Positions 50,285 to 63,787 of a stretch of 64,000 nucleotides of DNA are shown piece by piece. A program made the position numbers and the translations under genes. Below the pieces are notes generated by a model. It worked only from the letters and a program-made list of their open reading frames with translations, made no database searches and had not been told where the DNA came from. Source of the stretch: Eledone cirrhosa (lineage: Eukaryota); NCBI GenBank assembly GCA_964016885.1, contig OZ024742.1, positions 292,144,001-292,208,000 on the forward strand, given 5' to 3'. Position 1 is the stretch's first letter; each line of letters begins with the position of its first letter.

Positions 50285-51314
50285 GCAGCATATCATCACG
50301 ATATAAACCACCGGTCATCTCTGGTATTTTTCTATGCAGTGTATTATTAATAAATAGCCCCACAAGATCCGTCATTTGCGCCGAGTCTGATGATCCCATG
50401 GTGATATTAAAATTATTTTTTCTATCGGCTCTAGTCCAGAGATGATTGTTGAATTCAATTAAAGTTTTCCGTGCGGTTAAAATGATATGCATTTCTTCGC
50501 TAGATAAATCTGTATGTTTGGATGCATAGATAAGAGCTTTATTAAGTAAATTAGGAGTAATGGAGGAGTAGTAGTTTGCAATATCCAATTGAATGAATTT
50601 TTTGTTATGTTTAAATTTGATGTTATTGAACCAATCTATAACTTCGTTAGTACCGTTCCATAGTTTTAGGTAAGATATTTCTTTAAGTTGCGGTATGATT
50701 CTATCTAATATATGTTTACTAACTATGCCTAAGTCTGATTTAGATGGTGCTATAAATCTGACTGGTAGTTCTATTACAAAGTTTCTTTTGTGGTCTTTCA
50801 GGTTAATTTTTGGTCTTCTAGGTATAAAGGGTTCGGTCCTATTTTCGATGCCTAATTTATGAATTATTTCAGTAGCTTCTCTATTTACCATTTCAAGATC
50901 TTCATTAGTTGTTATTTTGTAGTTTTTCCTTAGTTCTTTCAATATAAGGTTATTATATTCGTCCTTTTGCATTCCATATAGATTGTTAGTTTTGTCAGAT
51001 TTTACGAGGATTTTCTCAGTTTTTTCAAGATTGTCTATATTATTCTTAAGGCCTTTAAGGTACTCCAGTAACTTGTTGAGTGCTCTAAATCAGTTATAAA
51101 CATTTATGTTTGTTGGACTTCCAACAAATTAAATACCACTTCTAGTTATATATATATGTAGAAGGTGAGTAATATTGTAGAACAATAAAACTATGCTTAT
51201 ATCAGATAAGTAGCACTCAACAGTTGGTAGAACTGGAGTATATATTAAAGAAGAAATTAAAAGATGTTGTTTTCGAAATGCGCATAATAAAATATATGGA
51301 ACTTCTTTAACCAT

Positions 51315-51360
<46 letters not shown>

Positions 51361-51364
<4 letters not shown>

Positions 51365-51570
51365 TCCTCATCATCACGGTTTAAGGTCCATTTTTCCATG
51401 TCAGGATGGGTTAGACGAATTGTCCCATTGTGAGATAAGCCAAGTCAGATGATCACATTTTGCTCATGCAGAACTGAATTTGGCTTGGTTTCTATGGCTG
51501 GATGCCCTTCCTAATGCCAACCACATTTTCAGTGTGGACTGGGATTTTTTGTCATGACCCCTACAAGACC
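51361..51570 (-). mobile_element. RTE-tail element (3'UTR or SINE tail)
   Basis: ggctggatgcccttcctaatgccaacc block and a (CAT)n tail between TA tracts. Confidence 0.75.
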
Positions 51571-51621
<51 letters not shown>

Positions 51622-53554
51622 TACACTATAGTTAGATATATTGCTGTTTCAGTTGATATATAAAGAATGTACACTATAATTGAGTATGTTAGATGTGGAG
51701 TGATGCTGTGGTGTAGTGAGATGGCTGTGTGGTGTCATATAGTGTAGTGGAGTGTTGTGCTATGCTGTGATGTGGCAGTATGGTGTGGTGTTGTGGTATG
51801 GAGGTGTGGTATTGTATTATAGTGCTGTAGCTTGGCAGTGTGATGCGGTTCTACGTTGGTATATGGGTGGAGTGGTGGAGTGTAGTGGTGTGGTGTTGTG
51901 TTGGTGTAGTGGGGTGTGGAAGTGTGGAGCTGTGGTTTGGCACTTTAGTATTTTATTGTAGTGCTGTGTTGGTGAAGTGTGGTGTGGTGCTGTGTTGGTA
52001 TGGTGTGGCGTGGTGCTGTGGTTTGGCAGTGTGCTCAGGAGCACCGGAAATAGATGGAGAAAATAAAAAAAGGTAAACATAATGGTGAAAATCAATCAAG
52101 AATCTTGTGATGTTGCCAGAAATTGGAGAGTGGGGAGAAAGAGAGTTTTATACACACACACACGCACATATATGTATATGTATGCATGTGTGCGTATGTA
52201 GAAATATTCAAAAAGGAAAAAGAAAAACAGTGTTCAATCAGAGAGAGAGATGAAATATTACATATATATATATATAGAGAGAGAGAGAGAAAGAGAGAGA
52301 GGAGGGAGAGAACAGGAGAAAGTGATAAACAGATAGAGAAAGAGAGAGGGGGTGAGAGAAATCTGTAAATATAAAAGTGTGTAAAAAAATTCCCTTTCAA
52401 AAATTAGTCATTGTGTATATGTATGTGTATGTGTCTATGTGTGTGTGTGTGTCTATGCATGTGTGTCTATGTGTGCATGTATGTGTGTCTATGTGTGTGA
52501 AATTAAATAAATTATTGAATGCTTCATATACTAAACATTGTTGAAGCTTTGTGTAGTCATCACACTGTGGTAACATTGTCCCCTCCAACAACCTTACCTC
52601 CACCATCAACTCCAATAACAACAACATTACCTCTAACACCATACCACCATCAACATCCCACTACTACCACCATCATCACCACTGTGTATAGCTCGGAGAT
52701 CAGAGATTCACTCCAGGTAGAGCCACTACTTCTCTGAATTGAGAGATCACAGCTCTGATACTATGGGCATGTGGCTAGAATATCTCAGGAAAGAATCGCT
52801 GGACAGATTTTACAGGCAAAACCAACCGGCAGGAGACCCAGGGGTAGATCCTGAACAAGATGATTGGATAACATCCATAAGCTTGGCTGGTCTCACTTGG
52901 GGATCCAGCTGAATCAGTTGGAGATGGTTGCTTCTGACAGGACCTGCTGGAAGGAGTGTTTGAGGACTCTGTCCCCACGACCTTCTCAGGAATAAGTAAG
53001 CAAAGAACACCAACAACAACAATAACAGCCAAGTTTCCTTTAAATCCCAACCTATCATCACCAACATAGATGACTGTACAGTATAAGGTAGTGCTAAATA
53101 TAATATCTCTAGTTCTATGAAATAAAACCACCTATTTTAAATGTTTCCAATTTAAATTAAAATCTTCCAACATAATGTTATATAAGCACCTTACATTCAG
53201 TTACTATCTTATTGATCCGACCAAAACCAGCTCTGATTCTAGGAAATAAAATTACCCATTTTAGAGGTTTCCAATTTAAATTTAAGTCTTGCAACATAAT
53301 TTAATATAAGAACCTTACATTAAGTTACTATCTTAGTAATGAAATAATTAATAATTTTAATAAATCCCTTGAAATTCTTCATTAATTAGTTGAAATAGAG
53401 TGTATTTTATTAGAAATATAGTCTCCAAAGGGTTAAACACAAATATTTTCCCCCAACACGTGTGAACCAGATCAGAAAGGTGACCATTCTGCATGAAACA
53501 AACTTTAAAACATTTAAAATAGTAAATATTTTCAAAAATAATAATAATAATCAC

Positions 53555-53960
53555 CATCATCCTGATTGTTTTTACACCTGTGTTTTCATGCTTGCATCGG
53601 TCAGACGAGTCCTTACCAGTATAGCATCTCCCTACTAGTTTTTTTCTTATATGTGATGTAGTTTCTTAAGGTCAGTTTTCTCTAGCTCGACTCATATATT
53701 TCTTGTCTGTCTCTACCACAGCTTTCTCCCATTTAGAACCCTTGGAACTTCTTCACTCATTCATAGACACTGTCCAAACCAACACATTCTTCTCTCCTGC
53801 GCAACACATCTCATTCTTCTTATGCTAAGTTTTTCTCTCAGCTTATCTATGCTTGGTTGTTCATGCATATTAACATTACACATCCAATATTACTTATTCA
53901 ATGCAACCTGCTTATTTCTTTCTTTTCAGCCTCTGCATATTTTCTGCCATCACCCAAACC
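53555..53960 (-). mobile_element. Old RTE 3' remnant
   Basis: Reverse-strand RT C-terminal-like sequence and the ttttcatgcttgcat terminal motif; the tail recurs at about 54055-54110. Confidence 0.6.
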
Positions 53961-54978
53961 ATGTCTCAAACAATCAACAGTATTTAAATAAAAACCTTCA
54001 TGTATAAGACATTGCAGAGATAATAACAATAGCAGCAACAGCAACAACAATAATTATCATCATCATTTTTACACCCGTTTTTCCACGTTTGCATGGGTCG
54101 GGCGAGTCCTGCTCCAGATAGTGGAGACATCTATGAATATGAAGGAGTGGTGAGCCACATATATTCTAGCCATTAGAGAAAAGTGAATGAATGCTTCACC
54201 TTCAATGGAGGAATGACTCAAGAAGAAGAAGAAGAAGAAAGTTAGATAGGCTTTAACAATACAGAGAAGGCTTCATCATATGCATAAAATGATGCCTCCA
54301 GTACATAGATAGATATCAGAAATGATACTCAGAAACTGATAGGAGATGCTACCATACTAGAGATGCAGATATTTTAAATGACAGCAACTGCAGTTTGATT
54401 ATGTCTGTCTTCCCCATACCATTGTTTGGTGCGGTTTAGTGGTTGGTTTATAGAATATAGGGATGCAGTAAGGTGGCTGGTTTAATTGGAATTAAGGATG
54501 TTGGTCAGCAGTTTGTTTAACAGTAATATGTGTAGTGTCTCTGATCAAGTTTAGGAGTTTAGTATATATATCTGGCTTGGGTTCAAGATTGACAATCTTC
54601 TGAGTGTTTGTTAAAGAATTAATATTTGGCTTGGATAAAAAGATTGGTTTCGAATTTACGAATATGTTTTGTTTATAGATTAGGACAATCAATGGTCTTA
54701 TTTGTGATTCTGATTTAGGCACAAGGCTAACAATTTTTGGGAAATGCTATGTTGATTAAATCAACCCAGTGCATTACAGGTACTTTTTTTTATTAACCCC
54801 GTAAAGATGAAAGGCAAACTAGAATTTGAATTCGGAATGTAAAGAGATGTTGTCCAATGCTCTACCAATACTGCCAACCCACCTCTCTAGTTGTGTTTAA
54901 TACAATAATCATAAATATAGCACCATTGACCTCTCCTACCATTCCACCAGATTATACATCCATACTATAACACCTTAA

Positions 54979-55198
54979 CCCTTTAATGTTGAAACTGGCC
55001 AAAACTGGCCAGAATTCTCTACCTCTTTCTGTTGAAACTGGATGTAACCGGTCGCTCAAACTGATGTTAAGGTATTGTTCTCAAATTAAATACTTTTAAA
55101 ATCTCATAGATTCGATATTATGTGAGATAATTATGTGAGGTAAAGCCTTTACCATGAAAATATAATAGTATATATAGAGTAATGTAAATGCTAACGAG
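54979..55198. mobile_element. piggyBac-like MITE
   Basis: TTAA-CCCTTTAATGTT...AATGCTAACGAG-TTAA. Confidence 0.7.
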
Positions 55199-55354
55199 TT
55201 AACACTCTACTAGACACAAATAGTATCAGTAGAAGAGAAAAATTTTCAATGTGCCCAAAACATCTCAGTTTTCAAATAATATAGATAACACAAGGGTGAT
55301 ACAATAGCATCAAAACTAAACCCTTTTTACATCCTAAACAACTAACTTCAATAT

Positions 55355-55634
55355 TAGGGGTGGTGGAAGCATTTCTGAATTGGAGTTGGGGGAGCAAATT
55401 TGGTCAATTTAGTTGTGATTAGTTTAGCTCTATGCACTCTAAAATGGTCAGAAAACTTTGATATGTGAAAGACATAACATGCATATAAATTGTAGTGCAT
55501 ATTCAAATGGATGTGTGTTTTGGTAGTTTGAGGAGGAAAATATAATTATTGGGGGGAGGCCATGCCCCCCCCCCCCCCCCCCCGGGCACCCCCAGTTCCA
55601 CCCCACCCCCCGTTCCCCCCACCACCACCCCCTG
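55355..55634. mobile_element. hAT-like MITE with C-rich subterminal tract
   Basis: Ends TAGGGGTGGTGG / CCACCACCCCCTG; TSD not resolved. Confidence 0.55.
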
Positions 55635-56324
55635 AACATACACATAAAACACCTAGCTAACTATAAGCGTGTTGCATGGTTAATCTTACAGGTACTTCTG
55701 GTACACATTTATTTTAGCTGAGTGAACTGGATTAATATCAAAGGAAATTTCTTGTTAGAAATACCAATCAAACATTTATCATGAAAAACACTGCCTATAT
55801 AACTAGATATGATATAACTAAATATGATATAACTAACTTTCTCTTTACAAAACTGGTATTTGGAATTTAATAAAGGTTTTACATAAAATTATGAGGGAAG
55901 TTTTAAATAAATATAAAAACTTCAAAATAAATAATTTTGTATCATAGAATCAGGGACAGTTTCATGTGGTTTGGTATCAAAAGGATTAAGTTATAAATCA
56001 TATTTTATCATAGTATTTAAACAAAAAATTATTCAATTTTTTTTGTCTACATATCAAGTGTGCTTCATTTAATTTTCACAAATGATTAGACTTGGTTTGT
56101 TTTTGACGCCATTTTAGTGTCTCTATAGTTGATGTTTCTCTCTCCTCTGATATATATAATATATACACCCAGTTGGTTATGTCTGCTGTTGTCTGATAAC
56201 AATTGGTCTTACATAAATGGAATGGATCTTTGTCAGTTTTGACGAGGAATGTTCTAGTTGTTTCATAAATAGAGCAGTCTGTTCGCGAAATTAGCATGAA
56301 AGCAACTAAGTTAAGAGAATATAC

Positions 56325-56597
56325 AGACGTGTACTCTTAATTTAATTCTCAGGGAGATTCAGCATGACACAGTGTGTGACAAGGCTGGTCCTTTGAATTA
56401 CAGGTACAGTTCATCTATTACAGTACTCAACAGAATCATGTACCATAGCATAATTCTCAGGGAGATTCAGTATGACAGTCTGGAATAAGGCTGACCCTTT
56501 GAATTACAGGTAGTCTATCTTGTATTATGGCTGAGTATTCCATAGATACATGTACTTTTAATACAATTCTCAAGGAGATTCTAAATAACACAGTGTT
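56325..56597. repeat. About 110-bp tandem units of a dispersed repeat (also at about 9280-9500 and 42045-42135)
   Basis: aattctcagggagattcagcatgacacag...aaggctggtcctttgaattacaggta recurs about 2.5 times. Confidence 0.75.
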
Positions 56598-57383
56598 TAT
56601 ATATATATATATCGAGAGAGAGAGAGAGATGGAGAGTGAGATAGTAGGTAGATAGATAGATAAAGTCTAATTGTGAGAAGTTCATGACTTTGGTAAAAAA
56701 AAAAATATAAGAATAGAATTTTGTTCATAATTTACTGCTTGATATAGTAAAAACAAGTCTTAATGTTTTGGGCATCAGTCCTTCATCAGAAGATAGAATG
56801 AAAAAAAGAGAGAAGAAATAGAAAGATAGGTAAAAGTAAGAAAAGAAAGAAAACAGGAAATCTTATTATTCAGAAGGAAAGATGATGATGACGATGATGA
56901 TGATACACCCAGTTGGCCATGTTTACTGTTGCCTGGCAGTATTCTGTCATGTACATCCATTTTGAAAATTTGAAGTTCAGAATGAATCATATATTAAAGA
57001 AATACAAGATGAAGATAAACATAGAGGAGTTAGAATTTCTATGTGGGTCTGTGGATGTGTGAATGTGTAGTTGTGTGTATGTGTGCATATGTGTGTATGT
57101 GTGTGCATGTGTATGTATATGTGTGTATGTGTGTATATGTTTGTGTGTGTGTTTGTATAAAGCTGTGAAGTTATTTGTGTGTATGTATGTGTGTATGTGT
57201 TTGTATAAAGCTGTGTACGTATGTGTATATATATGTGTGTTTGTACAAAGCTGGGAGAGAATGAACTTCATGATGTACATCAGATCATGATGCAGTTGAA
57301 AGGCTATTGTTTGTGTATTGTTGTCTATATATGAGCGTGTGCATACATATGTGTGAGTTGACCAGTACAGGGAATGACAGAGG

Positions 57384-58835
57384 CTGTAAAGTGGTAGTGC
57401 TGGTATCACAACAAAATATACCCCATACAGTCTGTAAAGTGGTAGTGCTGGTATCACAACAAAATATACCCAGTACAATCTGGGAAGTGGTAGTGCTGGT
57501 ATCACAACAAAATATACCCCATACAGTCGGTAAAGTGGTAGTGCTGGTATCACAACAAAATCTACCCAGTACATTCTATATAGAGGTAGTGCTGGTATCA
57601 CAACAAAATCTACCCAGTACATTCTGTAAAGAGGTAGTGCTGGTATCACAACAAAATCTACCCAGTACAATCTGTAAAGTGGTAGTGCTGGTATCACAAC
57701 AAAATATACCCAGTACAATCTGGGAAGTGGTAGTGCTGGTATCACAACAAAATATACCCAGTACAATCTGGGAAGTGGTAGTGCTGGTATCATGATAAAA
57801 TCTACCCAGTACAATCTGTAAAGAGGTAGTGCTGGTATCATGATAAAATCTACCCAGTACATTCTGGGAAGTGGTAGTGCTGGTATCATGATAAAATCTA
57901 CCCAGTACATTCTGTAAAGTGGTAGTACTGGTATCACAACAAAATCTACCCAGTACAATCTGTAAAGAGGTAGTGCTGGTATCATGATAAAATCTACCCA
58001 GTACAATCTGTAAAGTGGTAGTACTGGTATCACGACGAAATATACCCAGTACAATCTGGGAAGTGGTAGTGCTGGTATCATGATAAAATCTACCCAGTAC
58101 AATCTGTAAAGTGGTAGTACTGGTATCACGACGAAATATACCCAGTACATTCTGTAAAGAGGTAGTGCTGGTATCATGATAAAATCTACCCAGTACAATC
58201 TGGGAAGTGGTAGTGCTGGTATCATGATAAAATCTACCCAGTACATTCTATATAGAGGTAGTGCTGGTATCACAACAAAATATACCCAGTACATTCTGTA
58301 AAGTGGTAGTGCTGGTATCATGATAAAATCTACCCAGTACATTCTATATAGAGGTAGTGCTGGTATCACAACGAAATATGCCCAGTACATTCTGTAAAGT
58401 GGTAGTGCTGGTATCATGATAAAATCTACCCAGTACATTCTATATAGAGGTAGTGCTGGTATCACAACGAAATCTACCCAGTACAATCTGTAAAGTGGTA
58501 GTGCTGGTATCATGATAAAATCTACCCAGTACATTCTATATAGAGGTAGTGCTGGTATCACAACGAAATATGCCCAGTACATTCTGTAAAGTGGTAGTGC
58601 TGGTATCATGATAAAATCTACCCAGTACAATCTGGGAAGTGGTAGTACTGGTATCACGACGAAATATACCCAGTACATTCTGTAAAGTGGTAGTGCTGGT
58701 ATCATGATAAAATCTACCCAGTACACTCTGTACTGGGAGGATAGGTAGTGTTTGTGCCATGATAAAATACATCCAGTACATTCTGTAAAGTGTTAGCGCT
58801 GTTATTATGATAAAATGCATCCAGTACACTCAGTA
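57384..58835. repeat. 48-bp minisatellite, about 28 homogeneous copies plus degenerate edge units
   Basis: Unit ctgtaaagtggtagtgctggtatcatgataaaatctacccagtacaat; 16-aa periodicity in ORF 56987..58726. Confidence 0.96.
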
Positions 58836-60012
58836 ATGTGGTAGTGCTGTTGGAGGTGGTTATAATGATAATGGTGGTGGTGGTGATGATGGTGACCATG
58901 GTGATGATGATGATCATGATCATGATAGTAATGTTGATGATATGGTTGAACAGTCACTACTATCTTGACTATTGTCCACTTCTTGTGCCCCCCCTCCCCT
59001 CCACCACCAAACTAACAACTCCTTCATCTTTGTCTTCCCCCTCTCTTCTGAGGAACAGCAACAAGAGTCTCTAACATCTGACCTTATACTCCTCACAATA
59101 AGTCAATATATTTGACATTTCACAAACTTTCTTTGTGATATATTGTTGCTGATGACACAAACCCACACCAGTTTCTTTGAATTCCCAAAGTTACTATCTC
59201 AGCTATAGCAATTTAAAGTAGAAACATTACTTCCTCATATATTTCTTGGCCCAGGTGTATTCATTTTGTTTACCAAGTCCCACTGAAAATATTTTCAAAA
59301 AGATATTTCTCATACGATAGGAGGTTGGGAAAAGATGGGAAAATGTTAAAAATTAGAGTTGGGTGGCTAATATGAAAATCCATTTCTAAATACTGGTGAT
59401 TTTTCCAACATTTAAGTTCACTGGGGATGTTGCATTAACAGAATTGGTAGAACATTGAATAAAATTCCATTTGGGTATTTATTCTGGGTTTTTATCATCA
59501 TCATCATCCATGCTCACATGGAAGTGCCCTAACAGCCGAAGTGTATGATAATGTTATATCTGTATACATACAGAGTGGGTAACCAAAACTGCACCAATGT
59601 GTATACAAATATACACTTATTTAATATGTAGGCATGTAAACATGCCATAGAATACGAATTTCCCTGTAAATATATATACACATATACATGCACACACTTA
59701 TGCACTCCTATAATGCACACACCTTCATACACACACATATATATATATGTAATAAAATGCTGTAATTTAAATCAAAATTAAAATGTTATCCCAAATAGAG
59801 GAAATTGGAACATTATCCACTGAACGTTCCTTAAACCCTGATGAAGGGTCTTTTAGGTCTCGAAATATTAAACAGATAAAAGAAGAACAACAACAAAACA
59901 AAGTTATCAGGTAACTTACTTTGACTTTTCGTTACCTCATCTTACAGTCCATTTTGCATTGTTTAACCTTCTATCTCTTTCAACATTATATATATATGTA
60001 TATATATATATA

Positions 60013-60199
60013 TGAAAGAGCCAGGACCCTGATGGTTGAGCTCTAGCCATTTAAACAACTAGTTCCAGACTTACTGTTGAAACGGCAAGAGCTCAGCCAC
60101 CACGGTCCCAACTCTTTCATATAACCCTACTCTATTACCCCAAGCATCGAGTACTCTGGTCAGTAATGGTCTAACCAGTTTCAAACTGAATCCATCTTC

Positions 60200-60200
<1 letters not shown>
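60013..60200 (-). repeat. Diverged copy of the hairpin element at 12436-12635
   Basis: gaaagagccaggaccc...gagctc...gagctc...ggtcccaactctttc plus the homologous flank; lies between (TA)n tracts. Confidence 0.8.
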
Positions 60201-60236
<36 letters not shown>

Positions 60237-60261
60237 TATATATGTATATATATATACACAC

Positions 60262-63200
60262 ACCCCTGCAAAAATCGACCCTTCCCTACGAGTGTCGACA
60301 AATGCCCAAAACTCTGAGTTGGTACCATCAATGTAAGCACAATGAAAGGAAGAGCAGGAGAAATCGTAGAAATGCTAGAGCAAAAGGAAATTGATGTATG
60401 CTGTGTGCAAGAGACTAGATGGAGAGGAGAGTCTGCTAGAGTCTTTGTAGGAAAAGGTCAGTGCTACAAATTTTTCTGGGTGGGAAATGACGATGGGATG
60501 GGTGGTGTAGGTATACTACTAGCTGACAAGTGGGTAGATAAAGTAATCTCAGTGTACAGGGTAAATGCAAGAATCATTAAACTCAGACTAGTCCTAAATA
60601 AAACAATTACCACAATAATATCAGCTTACGCACCCCAATCAGGGTTGCCAGTCGAACTTAAGGATAGGTTTTACGAATCCCTAATGCACACTACTGCTCT
60701 AATAAACGACAACGACTTCCTAATCATCGCAGGAGATTTTAACGGGCATGTAGGTAAACACTGTGACGGCTTCAATAGAGTCCATGGAGGCCACGGGGTT
60801 GGCACAAGAAATGAAGAAGGATTCAGACTTCTAGAATTCTGCGACGCCAATGACATGTCGATATGTAACACAAACTTCAAAAAACCCAACAAGCACCTGA
60901 TCACCTATAGATCAGGGGAGCACTCTCGTCAGATAGATTTTATCCTCATCAGAGGACGTGACAGATGGACGGTTGTAAACACAAAAGCCTACCCTAGTGA
61001 GGAATGTACCTCCCAACATGGCTTAGTTGTCAGCGACCTCACGGTCAGAACTAGACGAACCTGGAAACAGAGGCCAACCTGGAGAATAAGGATCTGGAAG
61101 CTGAAAGACCCCTCAGCCAGTAACAGATTTAAAGATATTTTACTCAATGCCTATGACAGTAAAGAAGAACAGATAGAGACATTCAATGTAGAAGAGCACT
61201 GGGAGTTCCTAAAAAATAACTTACTAGAGGCGACAGATGAAATCTGTGACTGGAGTAAGACCACACGCAGGAGGAGAGTGACATGGTGGTGGAACAATAA
61301 GGTAGATGAGGCAGTTAAGGCCAAGAGACAGGCATGGAAAGAATGGAAGAACGGGGGGGAGCAGGGTACATCACATAGAGACCAAGAGGGAAGCTAGGCA
61401 ACAAGTATACTTAGCTAGGAGGGAAGCAGAGAATAGAAAATTCAAGCATGTTTTGCAATGTGAGGACCAGAAACAGGAGGTGTTCAAGATTGCGAGGCAG
61501 TGTGTCAGAGAGAATTGTGATGTCATTGGAGAGAAGTGTATCCGGAATGATAAAAGTGAGCTTGCCCTCACAAGTGCTGAGAAGAAAGATGCATGGAAGA
61601 GCCATTATGATAGATTACTAAATGAGGAGAATGCATGGGAAGAAGAGACCCTACTCCAAGTAGACCCTATAGAGGGGCCAGCAGTACAAGTCAGCAGCAG
61701 TGTAGTAAGTAAGGCAATCAAAGATATGAAGATGGGGAAGGCAACTGGTCCATCGGGTATAGCTGCCAAGATGCTGAAGGTATCTGGGTCTGTAGGTTAC
61801 ACTATAACCACACGTATTGTTAACCAGGTAATACTAGAAGGTGTCATACCAAAAGATTGGTGCAGTAGCATCATTGTCAACTTCTACAAAGGTAAAGGTG
61901 ATGCACTAGATAGAGGAAACTATAGAGGTATAAAGCTGATGGACCAGGTCATGAAAGTAACAGAAAGAGTTATAGCACAGTTGATTAGGGACCGGGTGAA
62001 ACTAGATGAGATGCAATTTGGGTTTGTACCAGGAAGAGGCACCACTGATGCCCTCTTCCTTGTGAGGGAGTTACAGGAAAAGTAACTAGCTAAAAGTAAG
62101 CCACTCTACCTGGCATTCATTGATCTCGAGAAAGCCTTTGACAGAGTTCCACGTGCTGTAATCTGGTGGGTTCTTAGAAAACTAGGAGTAGATGAATGGC
62201 TTGTGAAAACTGTACAAGCCATGTATAGGGGAGCAATCAGCAAAGTTAGGATTAGCAATGAGTATAGCGAGGAATTTAGCGTACAGGTTGGTGTCCACCA
62301 GGGCTCTGTTCTTAGCCTTCTCCTGTTCATCATAGTCCTGCAGGCAATAACGGAGGAGTTTAAGACCGGATGCCCATGGGAACTCCTGTATGCTGATGAC
62401 CTCGCACTTATAGCTGAATCTATGGTTGAACTAGAGAAGAAATTCCAAACTTGGAAGCAGGGACTAGAAAGAAAGGGTCTGAAAGTCAACATGACAAAGA
62501 CTAAGGTCCTTGTAAGTAGACGAGAAAACAGAACCCAGATCCCCCCAGGGAAATGGCTTTGTTCAGTATGTAGGAAAGGTGTAGGTAGGAACTCCATTCT
62601 CTGCCCCAAATGCAAACAATGGGTACACAAGAGATGTAGCGGGATCTCAGGAAGCTTAATTAAGAATGTAGGATTCACATGCAGCAGCTGTGCTGGGACA
62701 GCAAGCAGCAAACAGCCAGAGGAAACAAGTACCACCAATCTCTGGGAGGGCTCTGTAGAAACAGTAGACAGCTTCTGCTACCTAGGTGACCGAATTAGCA
62801 GCAGAGGTGGGTGTTCAGAAAGTACAATAACTAGGGTAAGAACGGGATGGAAGAAGTTCAGGGAACTACTGCCACTGCTAGCTGCAAAAGGCTTCTCCCT
62901 CAAAATGAAAGGCAGTCTGTATGATGCGTGTATCTGAACACCAATGTTACATGGTAGTGAGACCTGGGCGCTGAAGGTGGAAGACTTGCGTAGATTAGAA
63001 AGAAACGAAGCCTGCATGCTCCGATGGATGTGTAATAGTAATATTACGACAAAGCATAAATGAATTGAGAGAGAGACTGAGCATAAGAGGAATCAAATGC
63101 TGTGTGCAGGAAAGGCGGTTGCGTTGGTATGGACATGTGATGCATATGAAGGATGACAGCTGCATAAAAAGGTGCAGAATACTAGAAGTCCGCGGAGTGG

Positions 63201-63642
63201 GGAGACCCAATAAGACCTGGGATGAGGTGATAAAAGCTGAGCTTACCCAATTACACCCTCTAAGGCGATGTCACATGAGCGTGACCTCTGGCGTTACGCA
63301 GTAATACAGAGTACCCGACCTCCCATGGGTACAAGCTGAAGCATATAGACAATATGCCCCCACACCTCCCACTGCATGGTGGTCGTGGAGGTGCCACGGC
63401 TAAAAAGGACCCAGCCCACACTGTAAAGTGGACGTGTAGGTGCCACGGAAAAAGCACCCAGCACTCACTGTAAATGAGGTTGGTGTTAGGAAGGGCATCC
63501 AGCTGTTGAGATCAAGCCAAAATCAGTTCCTGTATGAGCAAGGCATGGTCAGCCGACCTGACACTGCCCACAACAGGACAACCCATCTAACCCATGCTAG
63601 CATGGAAGAACGGATGTAAAACAGTGATGATGATGATGATGA

Positions 63643-63645
<3 letters not shown>
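60262..63645 (+). mobile_element. Near full-length RTE LINE ORF (APE, RT, PHD) with stops and frameshifts
   Basis: GTINV...VQETRW...SAYAPQ...AGDFNGHVG...QIDFIL (EN); RT with YADD; C4HC3 insert; 3'UTR and (ATG)n tail. A distinct subfamily from the 28779 and 36727 copies. Confidence 0.96.
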
Positions 63646-63682
<37 letters not shown>

Positions 63683-63729
63683 ATAAAATAACAGGAGGCT
63701 GGATTGTGTAAATCCTTGAAAGGTTTATT

Positions 63730-63787
63730 ATACTATGATCATTTCAATGACTGGGTTCCGTATGAATCCGGTGATATCATCAGGTAT
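63730..63787 (-). ncRNA. Type I hammerhead ribozyme (fourth sequence family)
   Basis: AUAC-CUGAUGA-[uaucaccggauuc(auacg)gaacccagucauu]-GAAA-UGAUCA-UA-GUAU. Canonical core, palindromic stem III, imperfect stem II. Confidence 0.7.

Larger units (their letters stand above)
44800..51146 (-). mobile_element. Naiad-type Penelope-like retroelement (RT and GIY-YIG) with 3' pLTR, inverted 5' pLTR piece and two nested insertions
   Basis: RT motifs KSDKT, QLDIANYYSSI, MGSSDSAQ and LYRDD. Linker IIWYSPPFS...IFNRHTIKLSYS, CNCx5CPLx3C finger, and VVY...YVG endonuclease. 51061-51146 is the reverse complement of the pLTR terminus seen at 32073 and 18090. Confidence 0.95.

Noticed and set aside
55550-55634. 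Regulatory G-quadruplex / poly-C island
   Set aside because: Explained as the subterminal C-rich tract of a hAT-like MITE.
56987-58726. 579-aa ORF as a host gene
   Set aside because: It is the read-through of a 48-bp (multiple of 3) TE-derived minisatellite running into (CA)n.
57384-58835. CRISPR-like array
   Set aside because: Head-to-tail units with no unique spacers, a eukaryotic context, and no cas genes.
59838-59880. Plus-strand CUGAUGA...GAAA core
   Set aside because: Stem II is weak and there is no stem III, UH or stem I; at most a dead relic.
60342-63304. Active autonomous LINE
   Set aside because: Frameshift near 61360, stops at about 62083 and 62935, and further frameshifts; no fully intact element was found in the window.
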